Of a stretch of DNA of 64,000 bases, positions 47,276-57,925 are shown one piece after another (position 1 is the stretch's first letter; each line of letters begins with the position of its first letter). The stretch lies in NCBI RefSeq assembly GCF_041886205.1, contig NZ_CP169029.1; one strand, written 5' to 3'. The notes under the pieces are model-generated. The model saw only the letters and a program-made list of their open reading frames with translations. It was not told the origin of the DNA and did not search any database. The DNA comes from Escherichia coli. GTDB taxonomy: Bacteria > Pseudomonadota > Gammaproteobacteria > Enterobacterales > Enterobacteriaceae. The translations under genes and the position numbers were made by a program.

Positions 47276-49438
47276 ATGGCCTTTATGCTAAGTCCTTTGC
47301 TCAAACGCTATACCTGGAACAGCGCCTGGCTGTATTACGCGCGTATTTTTATTGCGCTTTGTGGAACCACAGCGTTTCCGTGGTGGCTGGGTGATGTAAA
47401 ACTGACGATTCCGCTAACGCTGGGGATGGTGGCAGCGGCGCTGACCGATCTCGATGACCGACTGGCGGGACGTTTGCGTAACCTCATCATTACGCTGTTC
47501 TGCTTTTTTATCGCCTCGGCCTCAGTAGAATTGCTGTTTCCCTGGCCCTGGCTATTTGCGATTGGCTTAACGCTCTCTACCAGCGGCTTCATTTTGCTCG
47601 GCGGTCTGGGTCAACGCTATGCAACAATTGCCTTCGGTGCATTGCTGATCGCCATTTACACTATGTTGGGAACATCACTTTATGAGCACTGGTATCAGCA
47701 GCCGATGTATCTGCTGGCCGGTGCCGTCTGGTACAACGTCCTGACACTTATTGGTCATCTGCTGTTCCCGGTCCGCCCGCTGCAGGACAACCTGGCGCGT
47801 TGCTATGAACAACTGGCGCGTTATCTTGAGCTCAAGTCGCGCATGTTTGATCCTGATATTGAAGATGAAAGCCAGGCACCGCTGTACGATTTGGCTCTCG
47901 CCAACGGACAGCTGATGGCGACATTGAATCAGACGAAACTCTCGCTGCTGACCCGCTTACGTGGCGATCGTGGTCAACGGGGAACGCGTCGCACGCTGCA
48001 TTATTACTTTGTCGCGCAGGATATTCACGAGCGTGCCAGCTCTTCTCATATTCAGTATCAAACATTGCGTGAACATTTTCGCCACAGCGACGTGCTGTTC
48101 CGTTTTCAGCGGCTGATGTCGATGCAGGGCCAGGCGTGCCAGCAACTGTCACGCTGTATTTTGCTGCGTCAGCCTTATCAACATGATCCGCATTTTGAGC
48201 GCGCTTTTACGCATATTGATGCTGCCCTGGAGCGGATGCGCGATAACGGCGCGCCTGCCGATTTACTCAAAACACTAGGATTTTTGCTGAACAATTTACG
48301 CGCCATTGATGCCCAACTGGCAACAATTGAATCAGAACAGGCCCAGGCACTACCCCATAATAATGACGAAAATGAGCTCGCTGATGACAGCCCGCACGGA
48401 TTGAGTGATATCTGGCTGCGTCTTAGCCGTCACTTCACGCCGGAGTCCGCCCTCTTCCGTCATGCGGTTAGAATGTCGCTGGTGTTGTGTTTCGGCTACG
48501 CCATCATTCAGATAACCGGAATGCATCACGGGTATTGGATCTTGCTGACAAGTTTGTTTGTCTGCCAGCCAAACTATAACGCCACGCGCCACCGCCTGAA
48601 GTTAAGGATTATTGGTACGCTGGTAGGTATCGCCATTGGCATTCCTGTGCTGTGGTTTGTACCGTCACTGGAAGGGCAGCTGGTGCTACTGGTTATTACC
48701 GGCGTGCTCTTTTTTGCCTTCCGTAACGTGCAATATGCCCATGCAACGATGTTCATCACACTTTTGGTGCTACTGTGTTTTAACTTGCTGGGTGAAGGTT
48801 TTGAAGTAGCGTTACCTCGCGTAATCGATACGCTGATTGGTTGTGCCATTGCGTGGGCGGCAGTGAGCTACATCTGGCCTGACTGGCGGTTTCGCAATCT
48901 GCCGCGCATGCTCGAACGCGCCACCGAGGCCAACTGTCGGTATCTCGATGCCATACTGGAGCAATACCATCAGGGGCGTGATAACCGTCTGGCGTATCGT
49001 ATTGCCCGCCGCGATGCACACAACCGTGATGCTGAGCTGGCGTCGGTGGTATCAAACATGTCCAGCGAACCGAACGTTACCCCGCAAATTCGAGAGGCCG
49101 CGTTTCGGTTACTGTGCCTTAACCATACGTTTACCAGCTATATCTCAGCCCTCGGTGCTCACCGGGAGCAGTTAACTAATCCTGAAATTCTGGCGTTTCT
49201 TGATGACGCAGTTTGCTATGTTGATGACGCGTTACATCATCAACCTGCTGATGAAAAACGCGTCAATCAGGCATTAGCTGGCCTGAAACAGCGGATGCAG
49301 CAACTTGAACCACGGGCAGACAGCAAAGAACCTCTGGTCGTACAACAAGTTGGGTTATTGATTGCATTACTGCCTGAGATTGGTCGTCTGCAACGCCAGA
49401 TTACTCAAGTTCCGCAGGAAACTCCTGTTTCGGCGTAA
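47276..49438 (+). CDS. yccS: YccS, FUSC-family inner-membrane protein
   Basis: 720 aa ORF; true start may be the Met three codons downstream. Confidence 0.85.
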   Translation: MAFMLSPLLKRYTWNSAWLYYARIFIALCGTTAFPWWLGDVKLTIPLTLGMVAAALTDLDDRLAGRLRNLIITLFCFFIASASVELLFPWPWLFAIGLTLSTSGFILLGGLGQRYATIAFGALLIAIYTMLGTSLYEHWYQQPMYLLAGAVWYNVLTLIGHLLFPVRPLQDNLARCYEQLARYLELKSRMFDPDIEDESQAPLYDLALANGQLMATLNQTKLSLLTRLRGDRGQRGTRRTLHYYFVAQDIHERASSSHIQYQTLREHFRHSDVLFRFQRLMSMQGQACQQLSRCILLRQPYQHDPHFERAFTHIDAALERMRDNGAPADLLKTLGFLLNNLRAIDAQLATIESEQAQALPHNNDENELADDSPHGLSDIWLRLSRHFTPESALFRHAVRMSLVLCFGYAIIQITGMHHGYWILLTSLFVCQPNYNATRHRLKLRIIGTLVGIAIGIPVLWFVPSLEGQLVLLVITGVLFFAFRNVQYAHATMFITLLVLLCFNLLGEGFEVALPRVIDTLIGCAIAWAAVSYIWPDWRFRNLPRMLERATEANCRYLDAILEQYHQGRDNRLAYRIARRDAHNRDAELASVVSNMSSEPNVTPQIREAAFRLLCLNHTFTSYISALGAHREQLTNPEILAFLDDAVCYVDDALHHQPADEKRVNQALAGLKQRMQQLEPRADSKEPLVVQQVGLLIALLPEIGRLQRQITQVPQETPVSA

Positions 49439-50030
49439 GAGAGTCAGCCCATTCTGCTAGCTCCTGGCGGCGTGCCACCGGGAGCGCAGCTTCATGAATC
49501 CCGATAATGGCACCTTCAAGCATAAACAGAATCTTTTCTGTCACCAGACTGTTTTGCTGCCGCAGTCGCAACCAACACATTTTTGCCCCAAGTATACGTA
49601 ACGCCCGTACATCCTTAATCCCCACCTCCCCGAGAATCGCTTCCAGATGAAAAGACATATTGGGCAAATCTTTCAGTCTTTCCCGGGTATTGCGCGTGCT
49701 TTTCTCTTTCAGCGCTGCATCGAGAGAATATTTCGACAGACGCACCAGCTTCAGTTGATTTCGCCATAGACTTTCATCAACCCGATAGTAATTGAGGGTA
49801 ACGGATCGGCCACACTTTTTATATGTCAGCCAGACAGGCGGATGTTTTACACAGTACTGTGCACTTTGCTCACAAGCCCGAAGATACAACTCACCATCAG
49901 AAACCATCGCAAACACCGTGTCGTCAACGGTCAGGCTGTAACTACCAAACAATGATCGGTATTCAATTGTGCCCAACGTTGCCAGGTATTCTTGTGATTT
50001 ATAGATCCGCTTATAGGAGAGGTTTTTCAT
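49401..50030 (-). CDS. sxy: Sxy (TfoX), competence regulator
   Basis: 209 aa; 3' end overlaps yccS 3' end by 38 nt. Confidence 0.9.
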   Translation of the reverse strand: MKNLSYKRIYKSQEYLATLGTIEYRSLFGSYSLTVDDTVFAMVSDGELYLRACEQSAQYCVKHPPVWLTYKKCGRSVTLNYYRVDESLWRNQLKLVRLSKYSLDAALKEKSTRNTRERLKDLPNMSFHLEAILGEVGIKDVRALRILGAKMCWLRLRQQNSLVTEKILFMLEGAIIGIHEAALPVARRQELAEWADSLTPKQEFPAELE

Positions 50031-50206
50031 AAAATTCCTTTTAAAATCATAATATAAAAGAATGATTCACATTAACGGATCCGTTAAATACGAAAATAGG
50101 CAACTTCTTCTTTAGGGGCAAGATTAATTTATGTTTTCCCGTCACCAACGACAAAATTTGCGAGGCTCTTTCCGAAAATAGGGTTGATCTTTGTCGTCAC
50201 TGGATG

Positions 50207-50226
50207 TACTGTACATCCATACAGTA
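50207..50226. promoter_or_regulatory. LexA operator (SOS box) of sulA
   Basis: TACTGTACATCCATACAGTA, perfect CTGT-N8-ACAG, 23 nt upstream of sulA start. Confidence 0.9.
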
Positions 50227-50248
50227 ACTCACAGGGGCTGGATTGATT

Positions 50249-50758
50249 ATGTACACTTCAGGCTATGCACATCGTTCTTCGTCGTTCTCATCCGCAGCAA
50301 GTAAAATTGCGCGTGTCTCTACGGAAAACACTACAGCCGGGCTTATCAGTGAAGTTGTCTATCGCGAAGATCAGCCCATGATGACGCAACTTCTACTGTT
50401 GCCATTGTTACAGCAACTCGGTCAGCAATCGCGCTGGCAACTCTGGTTAACACCGCAACAAAAACTGAGTCGGGAATGGGTTCAGGCATCTGGGCTACCC
50501 TTAACGAAAGTAATGCAGATTAGCCAGCTCTCCCCTTGCCACACCGTGGAGTCAATGGTTCGCGCTTTACGCACGGGCAATTACAGTGTGGTGATCGGTT
50601 GGTTGGCAGATGATTTGACTGAAGAAGAGCATGCTGAACTTGTTGATGCGGCAAATGAAGGTAACGCTATGGGGTTTATTATGCGTCCGGTAAGCGCATC
50701 CTCTCACGCCACGAGACAACTTTCCGGGCTAAAAATTCACTCTAATTTGTATCATTAA
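50249..50758 (+). CDS. sulA: SulA, SOS cell-division inhibitor
   Basis: ORF 50243..50758; start at [10 protein letters not shown]. Confidence 0.95.
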
Positions 50759-51114
50759 GTAAATTTAGGATTAATCCTGGAACTTTTTTTGTCGCCCAGC
50801 CAATGCTTTCAGTCGTGACTAATTTTCCTTGCGGAGGCTTGTCTGAAGCGGTTTCCGCGATTTTCTTCTGTAAATTGTCGCTGACAAAAAAGATTAAACA
50901 TACCTTATACAAGACTTTTTTTTCATATGCCTGACGGAGTTCACACTTGTAAGTTTTCAACTACGTTGTAGACTTTACATCGCCAGGGGTGCTCGGCATA
51001 AGCCGAAGATATCGGTAGAGTTAATATTGAGCAGATCCCCCGGTGAAGGATTTAACCGTGTTATCTCGTTGGAGATATTCATGGCGTATTTTGGATGATA
51101 ACGAGGCGCAAAAA

Positions 51115-52167
51115 ATGAAAAAGACAGCTATCGCGATTGCAGTGGCACTGGCTGGTTTCGCTACCGTAGCGCAGGCCGCTCCGAAAGATAACACCTGGTA
51201 CACTGGTGCTAAACTGGGCTGGTCCCAGTACCATGACACTGGTTTTATTCCTAACAATGGTCCGACCCACGAAAACCAACTGGGTGCAGGTGCTTTTGGT
51301 GGTTACCAGGTTAACCCGTATGTTGGTTTTGAAATGGGTTACGACTGGTTAGGTCGTATGCCGTACAAAGGCGACAACATCAACGGTGCATACAAAGCTC
51401 AGGGCGTTCAACTGACCGCTAAACTGGGTTACCCAATCACTGACGATCTGGACGTATACACTCGTCTGGGTGGTATGGTATGGCGTGCAGACACCAAGGC
51501 TAACGTACCTGGTGGCGCATCCTTTAAAGACCACGACACTGGCGTTTCTCCGGTTTTCGCAGGTGGTGTTGAGTACGCGATCACTCCTGAAATCGCTACC
51601 CGTCTGGAATACCAGTGGACCAACAACATCGGTGACGCAAACACCATCGGTACTCGTCCGGACAACGGTCTGCTGAGCCTGGGTGTTTCCTACCGTTTCG
51701 GTCAGGGCGAAGCAGCTCCGGTAGTTGCTCCGGCTCCAGCTCCGGCACCGGAAGTACAGACCAAGCACTTCACTCTGAAGTCTGACGTTCTGTTCAACTT
51801 CAACAAAGCAACCCTGAAACCGGAAGGTCAGGCTGCTCTGGATCAGCTGTACAGCCAGCTGAGCAACCTGGATCCGAAAGACGGTTCCGTAGTTGTTCTG
51901 GGTTACACTGACCGCATCGGTTCTGACGCTTACAACCAGGGTCTGTCCGAGCGCCGTGCTCAGTCTGTTGTTGATTACCTGATCTCCAAAGGTATCCCGG
52001 CAGACAAGATCTCCGCACGTGGTATGGGCGAATCCAACCCGGTTACTGGCAACACCTGTGACAACGTGAAACAGCGTGCTGCACTGATAGACTGCCTGGC
52101 TCCGGATCGTCGCGTAGAGATCGAAGTTAAAGGCATCAAAGACGTTGTAACTCAGCCGCAGGCTTAA
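51115..52167 (+). CDS. ompA: OmpA, outer membrane protein A
   Basis: ORF 51043..52167; start at [31 protein letters not shown] linker. Confidence 0.95.
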   Translation: MKKTAIAIAVALAGFATVAQAAPKDNTWYTGAKLGWSQYHDTGFIPNNGPTHENQLGAGAFGGYQVNPYVGFEMGYDWLGRMPYKGDNINGAYKAQGVQLTAKLGYPITDDLDVYTRLGGMVWRADTKANVPGGASFKDHDTGVSPVFAGGVEYAITPEIATRLEYQWTNNIGDANTIGTRPDNGLLSLGVSYRFGQGEAAPVVAPAPAPAPEVQTKHFTLKSDVLFNFNKATLKPEGQAALDQLYSQLSNLDPKDGSVVVLGYTDRIGSDAYNQGLSERRAQSVVDYLISKGIPADKISARGMGESNPVTGNTCDNVKQRAALIDCLAPDRRVEIEVKGIKDVVTQPQA

Positions 52168-52183
52168 GTTCTCGTCTGGTAGA

Positions 52184-52210
52184 AAAACCCCGCAGCTGCG
52201 GGGTTTTTTT
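52184..52210. terminator. Bidirectional terminator between ompA and matP
   Basis: AAAAACCCCGCAGCTGCGGGGTTTTTTTT. Confidence 0.9.
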
Positions 52211-52242
52211 TCGCCTTTAGTAAATTGAACTGACTTCGTCAG

Positions 52243-52695
52243 TTATTCCTTACCCAGCAATGCCTGCAGATCATGCTTCAAAGAAGACATTTTATTCGCG
52301 TATTTCTCTTTGTTTTCCGCATCTTCAATCAGCTGAACAATCGTTTCAGAAAGCGTTTTACCGCGACGCTGCGCAAGACCAGCCAGACGTTGCCAGACAA
52401 TAAATTCCAGATCGATCGATTTTTTGCGCGTATGCTGGTGTTCCGCATTAAAATGGCGCTTCCGTCTGGCCCGAATGGTTTGCTTCATGCGATTGACCAG
52501 TTCCGGATTCATATGCTTGTCAATCCAGCCATTTACCAGCACGGGTTCATTTTCCAGCGAGAGCAACACATCGACGGCTTCCTGGGCGGCACTGGCTTCT
52601 ATGTAACGGGTGATTAACTCCCCTTCGCGATGCTTCTTCACCAGATACTTCCATTTCCAACCGCTTTCAAGATTTTCAAGTTGTTGATATTTCAT
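52243..52695 (-). CDS. matP: MatP, Ter macrodomain organiser
   Basis: 150 aa; synteny next to ompA. Confidence 0.9.
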   Translation of the reverse strand: MKYQQLENLESGWKWKYLVKKHREGELITRYIEASAAQEAVDVLLSLENEPVLVNGWIDKHMNPELVNRMKQTIRARRKRHFNAEHQHTRKKSIDLEFIVWQRLAGLAQRRGKTLSETIVQLIEDAENKEKYANKMSSLKHDLQALLGKE

Positions 52696-52880
52696 AGCGA
52701 TCTCAATGTTACCGTGTAACTCTTTACAGAATATCAGCTTTTTAGGCCAGTGAAGAAAAGAATCTCCATCCTGTGAGCTTTAACGCCCATGCCAGGAGTA
52801 TTGTCGGTGCTTTCTACGTGTGCTGTAGTGCCGGTTACGGTATAATCGCGGCTTTGACAACAGACTAAAAAACATCAACT

Positions 52881-54641
52881 TTGACCATTACGAAACTTGC
52901 ATGGCGTGACCTGGTTCCTGATACCGATAGCTATCAGGAAATATTTGCTCAGCCACATTTGATTGACGAAAACGATCCTTTATTCAGTGATACTCAACCG
53001 CGGCTGCAATTCGCACTGGAGCAGTTGCTGCATACGCGAGCATCCTCCTCTTTTATGCTGGCGAAGGCCCCGGAAGAGTCTGAGTATCTGAATCTTATTG
53101 CCGATGCCGCGCGTACGCTACAAAGCGATGCAGGCCAACTCGTGGGCGGTCACTATGAGGTTTCCGGCCACTCCATCCGCTTACGTCACGCAGTGAGTGC
53201 AGATGATAATTTTGCGACTTTAACGCAAGTTGTCGCTGCCGACTGGGTAGAAGCGGAGCAACTCTTTGGCTGCCTGCGCCAGTTTAATGGCGACATTACC
53301 CTGCAGCCTGGTCTGGTGCATCAGGCAAATGGCGGTATTCTCATCATCTCTTTGCGTACACTGCTGGCGCAACCTCTGCTGTGGATGCGGCTGAAAAATA
53401 TCGTTAACCGCGAGCGTTTTGACTGGGTTGCGTTTGATGAGTCGCGCCCTCTCCCCGTCTCTGTGCCTTCGATGCCATTGAAGCTGAAAGTCATTCTGGT
53501 AGGCGAACGCGAATCATTGGCTGATTTCCAGGAGATGGAGCCAGAGCTTTCAGAGCAGGCTATTTATAGCGAATTTGAAGATACTCTGCAGATTGTCGAT
53601 GCGGAGTCAGTAAGCCAGTGGTGTCGCTGGGTGACATTTACCGCCAGACATAATCACTTACCTGCACCGGGAGCGGATGCCTGGCCGGTACTTATCCGCG
53701 AAGCAGTACGCTACACCGGTGAACAAGAAACACTTCCGCTTAGCCCGCAGTGGATCCTCCGCCAGTGTAAAGAGGTCGCCTCCCTGTGTGATGGCGACAC
53801 CTTCTCCGGCGAGCAGCTAAACTTAATGCTGCAGCAGCGTGAATGGCGCGAAGGTTTCCTCGCTGAACGTATGCAGGATGAGATCCTTCAGGAGCAAATC
53901 CTGATTGAAACCGAAGGCGAACGCATCGGGCAAATTAACGCCCTTTCGGTCATTGAATTTCCGGGTCATCCACGCGCTTTTGGCGAACCTTCTCGCATTA
54001 GCTGCGTTGTGCATATTGGCGATGGTGAATTCACCGACATCGAACGCAAAGCGGAGCTTGGCGGCAATATCCATGCGAAAGGGATGATGATCATGCAGGC
54101 GTTCCTGATGTCGGAACTACAGCTTGAGCAACAGATCCCCTTCTCAGCATCGCTGACATTTGAGCAGTCATACAGTGAAGTGGATGGCGATAGTGCCTCG
54201 ATGGCTGAACTCTGCGCCCTGATAAGCGCCCTCGCCGATGTGCCGGTGAATCAGAGTATCGCTATCACAGGTTCAGTCGATCAGTTCGGTCGTGCCCAGC
54301 CGGTCGGTGGTTTAAATGAGAAAATCGAAGGCTTCTTTGCTATTTGCCAGCAACGTGAGTTAACCGGGAAACAAGGTGTCATTATCCCCACTGCTAACGT
54401 TCGCCATTTAAGTCTTCACAGTGAACTGGTGAAAGCGGTAGAAGAAGGCAAATTCACCATCTGGGCAGTAGACGATGTGACTGACGCACTGCCGTTATTA
54501 TTAAATCTGGTGTGGGATGGCGAAGGCCAAACGACGCTGATGCAAACCATCCAGGAACGTATCGCGCAAGCATCGCAACAGGAAGGACGTCACCGTTTTC
54601 CATGGCCATTACGTTGGCTGAACTGGTTTATTCCGAACTGA
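52881..54641 (+). CDS. ycbZ: YcbZ (LonH), Lon protease homologue
   Basis: 586 aa; Lon-like protease domain. Confidence 0.85.
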
Positions 54642-54671
54642 TCGGACTTGTTCAGCGTACACGTGTTAGCT
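54636..54671 (+). promoter_or_regulatory. fabA promoter FadR site and FabR palindrome
   Basis: AACTGATCGGACTTGTT (54636-54652) and AGCGTACACGTGTTAGCT (54654-54671). Confidence 0.75.
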
Positions 54672-54709
54672 ATCCTGCGTGCTTCAATAAAATAAGGCTT
54701 ACAGAGAAC

Positions 54710-55228
54710 ATGGTAGATAAACGCGAATCCTATACAAAAGAAGACCTTCTTGCCTCTGGTCGCGGTGAACTGTTTGGCGCTAAAGGCCCGCAATTGCCAG
54801 CACCGAATATGCTGATGATGGACCGTGTGGTCAAAATGACCGAAACGGGTGGTAACTTCGACAAAGGGTATGTTGAAGCAGAACTGGATATCAATCCGGA
54901 TCTGTGGTTCTTCGGATGCCACTTCATTGGCGATCCGGTTATGCCGGGATGCCTGGGCCTGGACGCAATGTGGCAGCTGGTAGGGTTCTACCTCGGCTGG
55001 CTGGGCGGCGAAGGTAAAGGCCGCGCGCTGGGCGTTGGCGAAGTGAAATTCACTGGTCAGGTACTGCCGACAGCGAAAAAAGTGACCTACCGTATTCACT
55101 TTAAACGCATTGTTAATCGTCGTCTGATTATGGGTCTGGCAGATGGCGAAGTGCTGGTTGATGGTCGTCTGATCTATACCGCCAGCGACCTGAAAGTCGG
55201 TCTGTTCCAGGATACGTCTGCCTTCTGA
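54710..55228 (+). CDS. fabA: FabA, beta-hydroxydecanoyl-ACP dehydratase/isomerase
   Basis: ORF 54512..55228; start at [10 protein letters not shown]. Confidence 0.95.
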
Positions 55229-55256
55229 TTATAATCAGACAGAGTATCAAAAGGCG

Positions 55257-55285
55257 AAACCTCCGCAATGCGGAGGTTTCTTTTT
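55257..55285. terminator. Bidirectional terminator between fabA and rmf
   Basis: AAACCTCCGCAATGCGGAGGTTTCTTTTT. Confidence 0.85.
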
Positions 55286-55297
55286 AAAGAGACAGAA

Positions 55298-55465
55298 TCA
55301 GGCCATTACTACCCTGTCCGCCATGGCTTCTCGCCAGCCTCCCAGCCATTGTGACCTTTGATTCAGCGTCTGATAGGGACACATTTCTTTTGAGCGTCCG
55401 GCGATGCCGGCCTGATAACCACGTTGATGTGCCCGTTCCAGGCGATCTCGTTTTTGTCTCTTCAT
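55298..55465 (-). CDS. rmf: Rmf, ribosome modulation factor (55 aa)
   Basis: Hand-translated from reverse strand: MKRQKRDRLERAHQRGYQAG...ADRVVMA; not in ORF track. Confidence 0.85.
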   Translation of the reverse strand: MKRQKRDRLERAHQRGYQAGIAGRSKEMCPYQTLNQRSQWLGGWREAMADRVVMA

Positions 55466-55720
55466 GCCTCGTTTCCCTCATACTGGTTTCTGGTGGAAAA
55501 GAAAACAGTGATTACTAAATGTGCAATCACAGTTAAGCAATACCCCGAATCATAACTGCCGTCAATGCGCAAAATTCACGCCACTGTCATATTTGTGAGC
55601 TACACGGGCATGTCAGTTGTACAAAAAATGTGAAGAGGAACAACTTTTTCCGCACGTTAGAAACAAAAAAACCGCCTCAGGCAACATACCGGAGACGGTT
55701 ATATTTACAAATCTTTATAA

Positions 55721-56284
55721 TTAAGGTAGACGCTTTATCTCTTGTGCAATGGAAGCGGCTTCCTGACTCCAGACACTGGCCAGCACTTTGACCATCTCAT
55801 CGTAACCATCCTGCGTTTGCACCCCTTCCAGACGGAACGGACGTTTGATCAGTTGTCCCTGGTGGTTCAACAGCCACTCCCCACTGACAATGACCTTGCC
55901 ATCATAGCGACCGTTAAACTCCGTTACGGTAACATTGAGCGTGTCCTGGGCGCTTCCCAGAGGCTGGGAGGCAACCACCCAGCCGGGCAGTTGCGTGCTC
56001 AGGTTGGCAACCAGGGTGTTGCGCAACTGTTGATCCAATGGGCTGGCCCACAAGTTGTTGTTGGCAATCACATACTTCACATCACTGGTTTGATAAACCA
56101 CACCATTCCCCGCCAGATAGTCAGGAACAGTGACCTGCTCTACCCATAACAGGCGATTACCCTGGCTGGCGGTACTTTGTGTACCGCTCTGCACCACAGG
56201 TAACTGGTAATAGTTTTTATTAATTTCGCCGGAGCTGCATCCGGCCAGCCACAGTGCTGCAATCGTCACTAGCCACTTTTTCAT
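55721..56284 (-). CDS. pqiC: PqiC (YmbA), lipoprotein of the Pqi system
   Basis: 187 aa; lipobox LAGC. Confidence 0.9.
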   Translation of the reverse strand: MKKWLVTIAALWLAGCSSGEINKNYYQLPVVQSGTQSTASQGNRLLWVEQVTVPDYLAGNGVVYQTSDVKYVIANNNLWASPLDQQLRNTLVANLSTQLPGWVVASQPLGSAQDTLNVTVTEFNGRYDGKVIVSGEWLLNHQGQLIKRPFRLEGVQTQDGYDEMVKVLASVWSQEAASIAQEIKRLP

Positions 56285-57921
56285 TGTTTCGCCCTCTTCG
56301 GCTCTGGATCTTTTTTGTCCTTCGCTTCAAATACCAGCGCGTTACTCTTCTCATTGAGCGTTTTAAGCACCGGTTGCAGTTCTCGCAACACCTGATCAAG
56401 GCGCTGCATATCCGCCACCATCTTGTTGTAGGCTGCGGAGCCAGGCTGGAAGCCCTGCATGCTGCGATTCAATTCACGCAACGTTGACTGCATATCCGTC
56501 GGCAACTGCTGCATCGACTGGCTGGCGAGGATCTTGTTCATGCTATCCAGCGTCGTTTGCAGGTTTTTCATTGTGCGCTGACTTTCAGAAAGCGTACTGG
56601 TTGCCTGTTCAATCATCGGATTCAATGGCAGTTTGTTGATCTTATCCAACGCTTCCATCAGTCGTTGCTGGATTTGCGCCAGGCCGCCGCTCACGGTCGG
56701 GATAATCTGATAACCATTAAATTCACGAATACCGGTTATTGCAGGCGTATTTGGATAGAAATCGAGATCAACATACAGTGCGCCAGTGACCAGGTTTCCG
56801 GTTTTCAGCGATCCGCGTAAACCACGTTTCAACAATTCGCCAAGGTGCTCAACAACATCCGCATTTTCGCCAAGCTGCATTTTCAGCCGCTCTGGCTCGA
56901 TACGAATCAGTACCGGAATACGGTAATCATCGTTAAATGTCTGACGCATATTCGGCGCAAAGAATGGCACTTTGCTTACGGTACCCAGGCGAATACCCCG
57001 GAATTCTACCGGAGCTCCCGGTTGCAGACCGCGTACGGAATCTTTAAAGAACATCAGATAATCAATGTGATCGGTGTACAACGAATCCTGAATGCTCTTC
57101 TGATCATCATACAAAACGAAAGCTGTTTTCGGTGCCACTGGCTGCCCTAAATCCAGACCTTCCGGCACATCAAAGCTGACACCGCCACTCAGCAGCGTTG
57201 TCAATGAGCCCATCTCCACACGCATTCCCGCTGACGTCAGATCAACCGCAATGCCACTATCTTTCCAGAAGCGAACATTGCTGGTCACCAGTCGGTCATA
57301 AGGTGCATTGATGAACAGTTGATAACTGATATTGCGTTTTTGCGTATCGAAGGTGCTGGTTTCAACCGAACCTACCCGATAGCCACGGAACAGCACCGGA
57401 TCTCCTGGCGAGAGCTGCCCGGCTTTTTTGCTATCGAGAATCACACGGATACCTTTCGCATCAGGCGGGGCCAACGGTGGCGAGTCCAGCAAATCGTATT
57501 TATCCATTTTGCTGCCTTTCGCGCCTGGCTGCAGTTCGATATAAACCCCAGACAGCAGGGTTCCCAGACCGCTAATCCCTTCTCGACCAATCTGCGGTTT
57601 CACCACCCAAAAGACGGTATCTTTATGCAGCAATTTTTCCATACCGGAATTCAGCCGCGCTTTGATTTCAACGTGTGTCAAATCATCAGCCAGTGTGGCG
57701 CTTTCAACCACGCCGACGTCAACGCTACGGCTTTTAATGGTGGTTTTGCCACCTTCAATTCCTTCCGCATTCGCGGTGATCAGGGTCACTTCCGGTCCCT
57801 GATGGCTGTAATGATAAAAAAGAACCCAGGCCCCAATGAGCGCCGTGACGATAGGAAATATCCACACGGGAGACCAGTTCTTCACTTTCTGGATTTTGGC
57901 TTCCCCATTATTAGATTCCAT
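56281..57921 (-). CDS. pqiB: PqiB, MCE-domain periplasmic protein
   Basis: ORF 56281..57981; start at MESNNGEAKI. Confidence 0.85.
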   Translation of the reverse strand: MESNNGEAKIQKVKNWSPVWIFPIVTALIGAWVLFYHYSHQGPEVTLITANAEGIEGGKTTIKSRSVDVGVVESATLADDLTHVEIKARLNSGMEKLLHKDTVFWVVKPQIGREGISGLGTLLSGVYIELQPGAKGSKMDKYDLLDSPPLAPPDAKGIRVILDSKKAGQLSPGDPVLFRGYRVGSVETSTFDTQKRNISYQLFINAPYDRLVTSNVRFWKDSGIAVDLTSAGMRVEMGSLTTLLSGGVSFDVPEGLDLGQPVAPKTAFVLYDDQKSIQDSLYTDHIDYLMFFKDSVRGLQPGAPVEFRGIRLGTVSKVPFFAPNMRQTFNDDYRIPVLIRIEPERLKMQLGENADVVEHLGELLKRGLRGSLKTGNLVTGALYVDLDFYPNTPAITGIREFNGYQIIPTVSGGLAQIQQRLMEALDKINKLPLNPMIEQATSTLSESQRTMKNLQTTLDSMNKILASQSMQQLPTDMQSTLRELNRSMQGFQPGSAAYNKMVADMQRLDQVLRELQPVLKTLNEKSNALVFEAKDKKDPEPKRAKQ

Positions 57922-57925
57922 ACTG

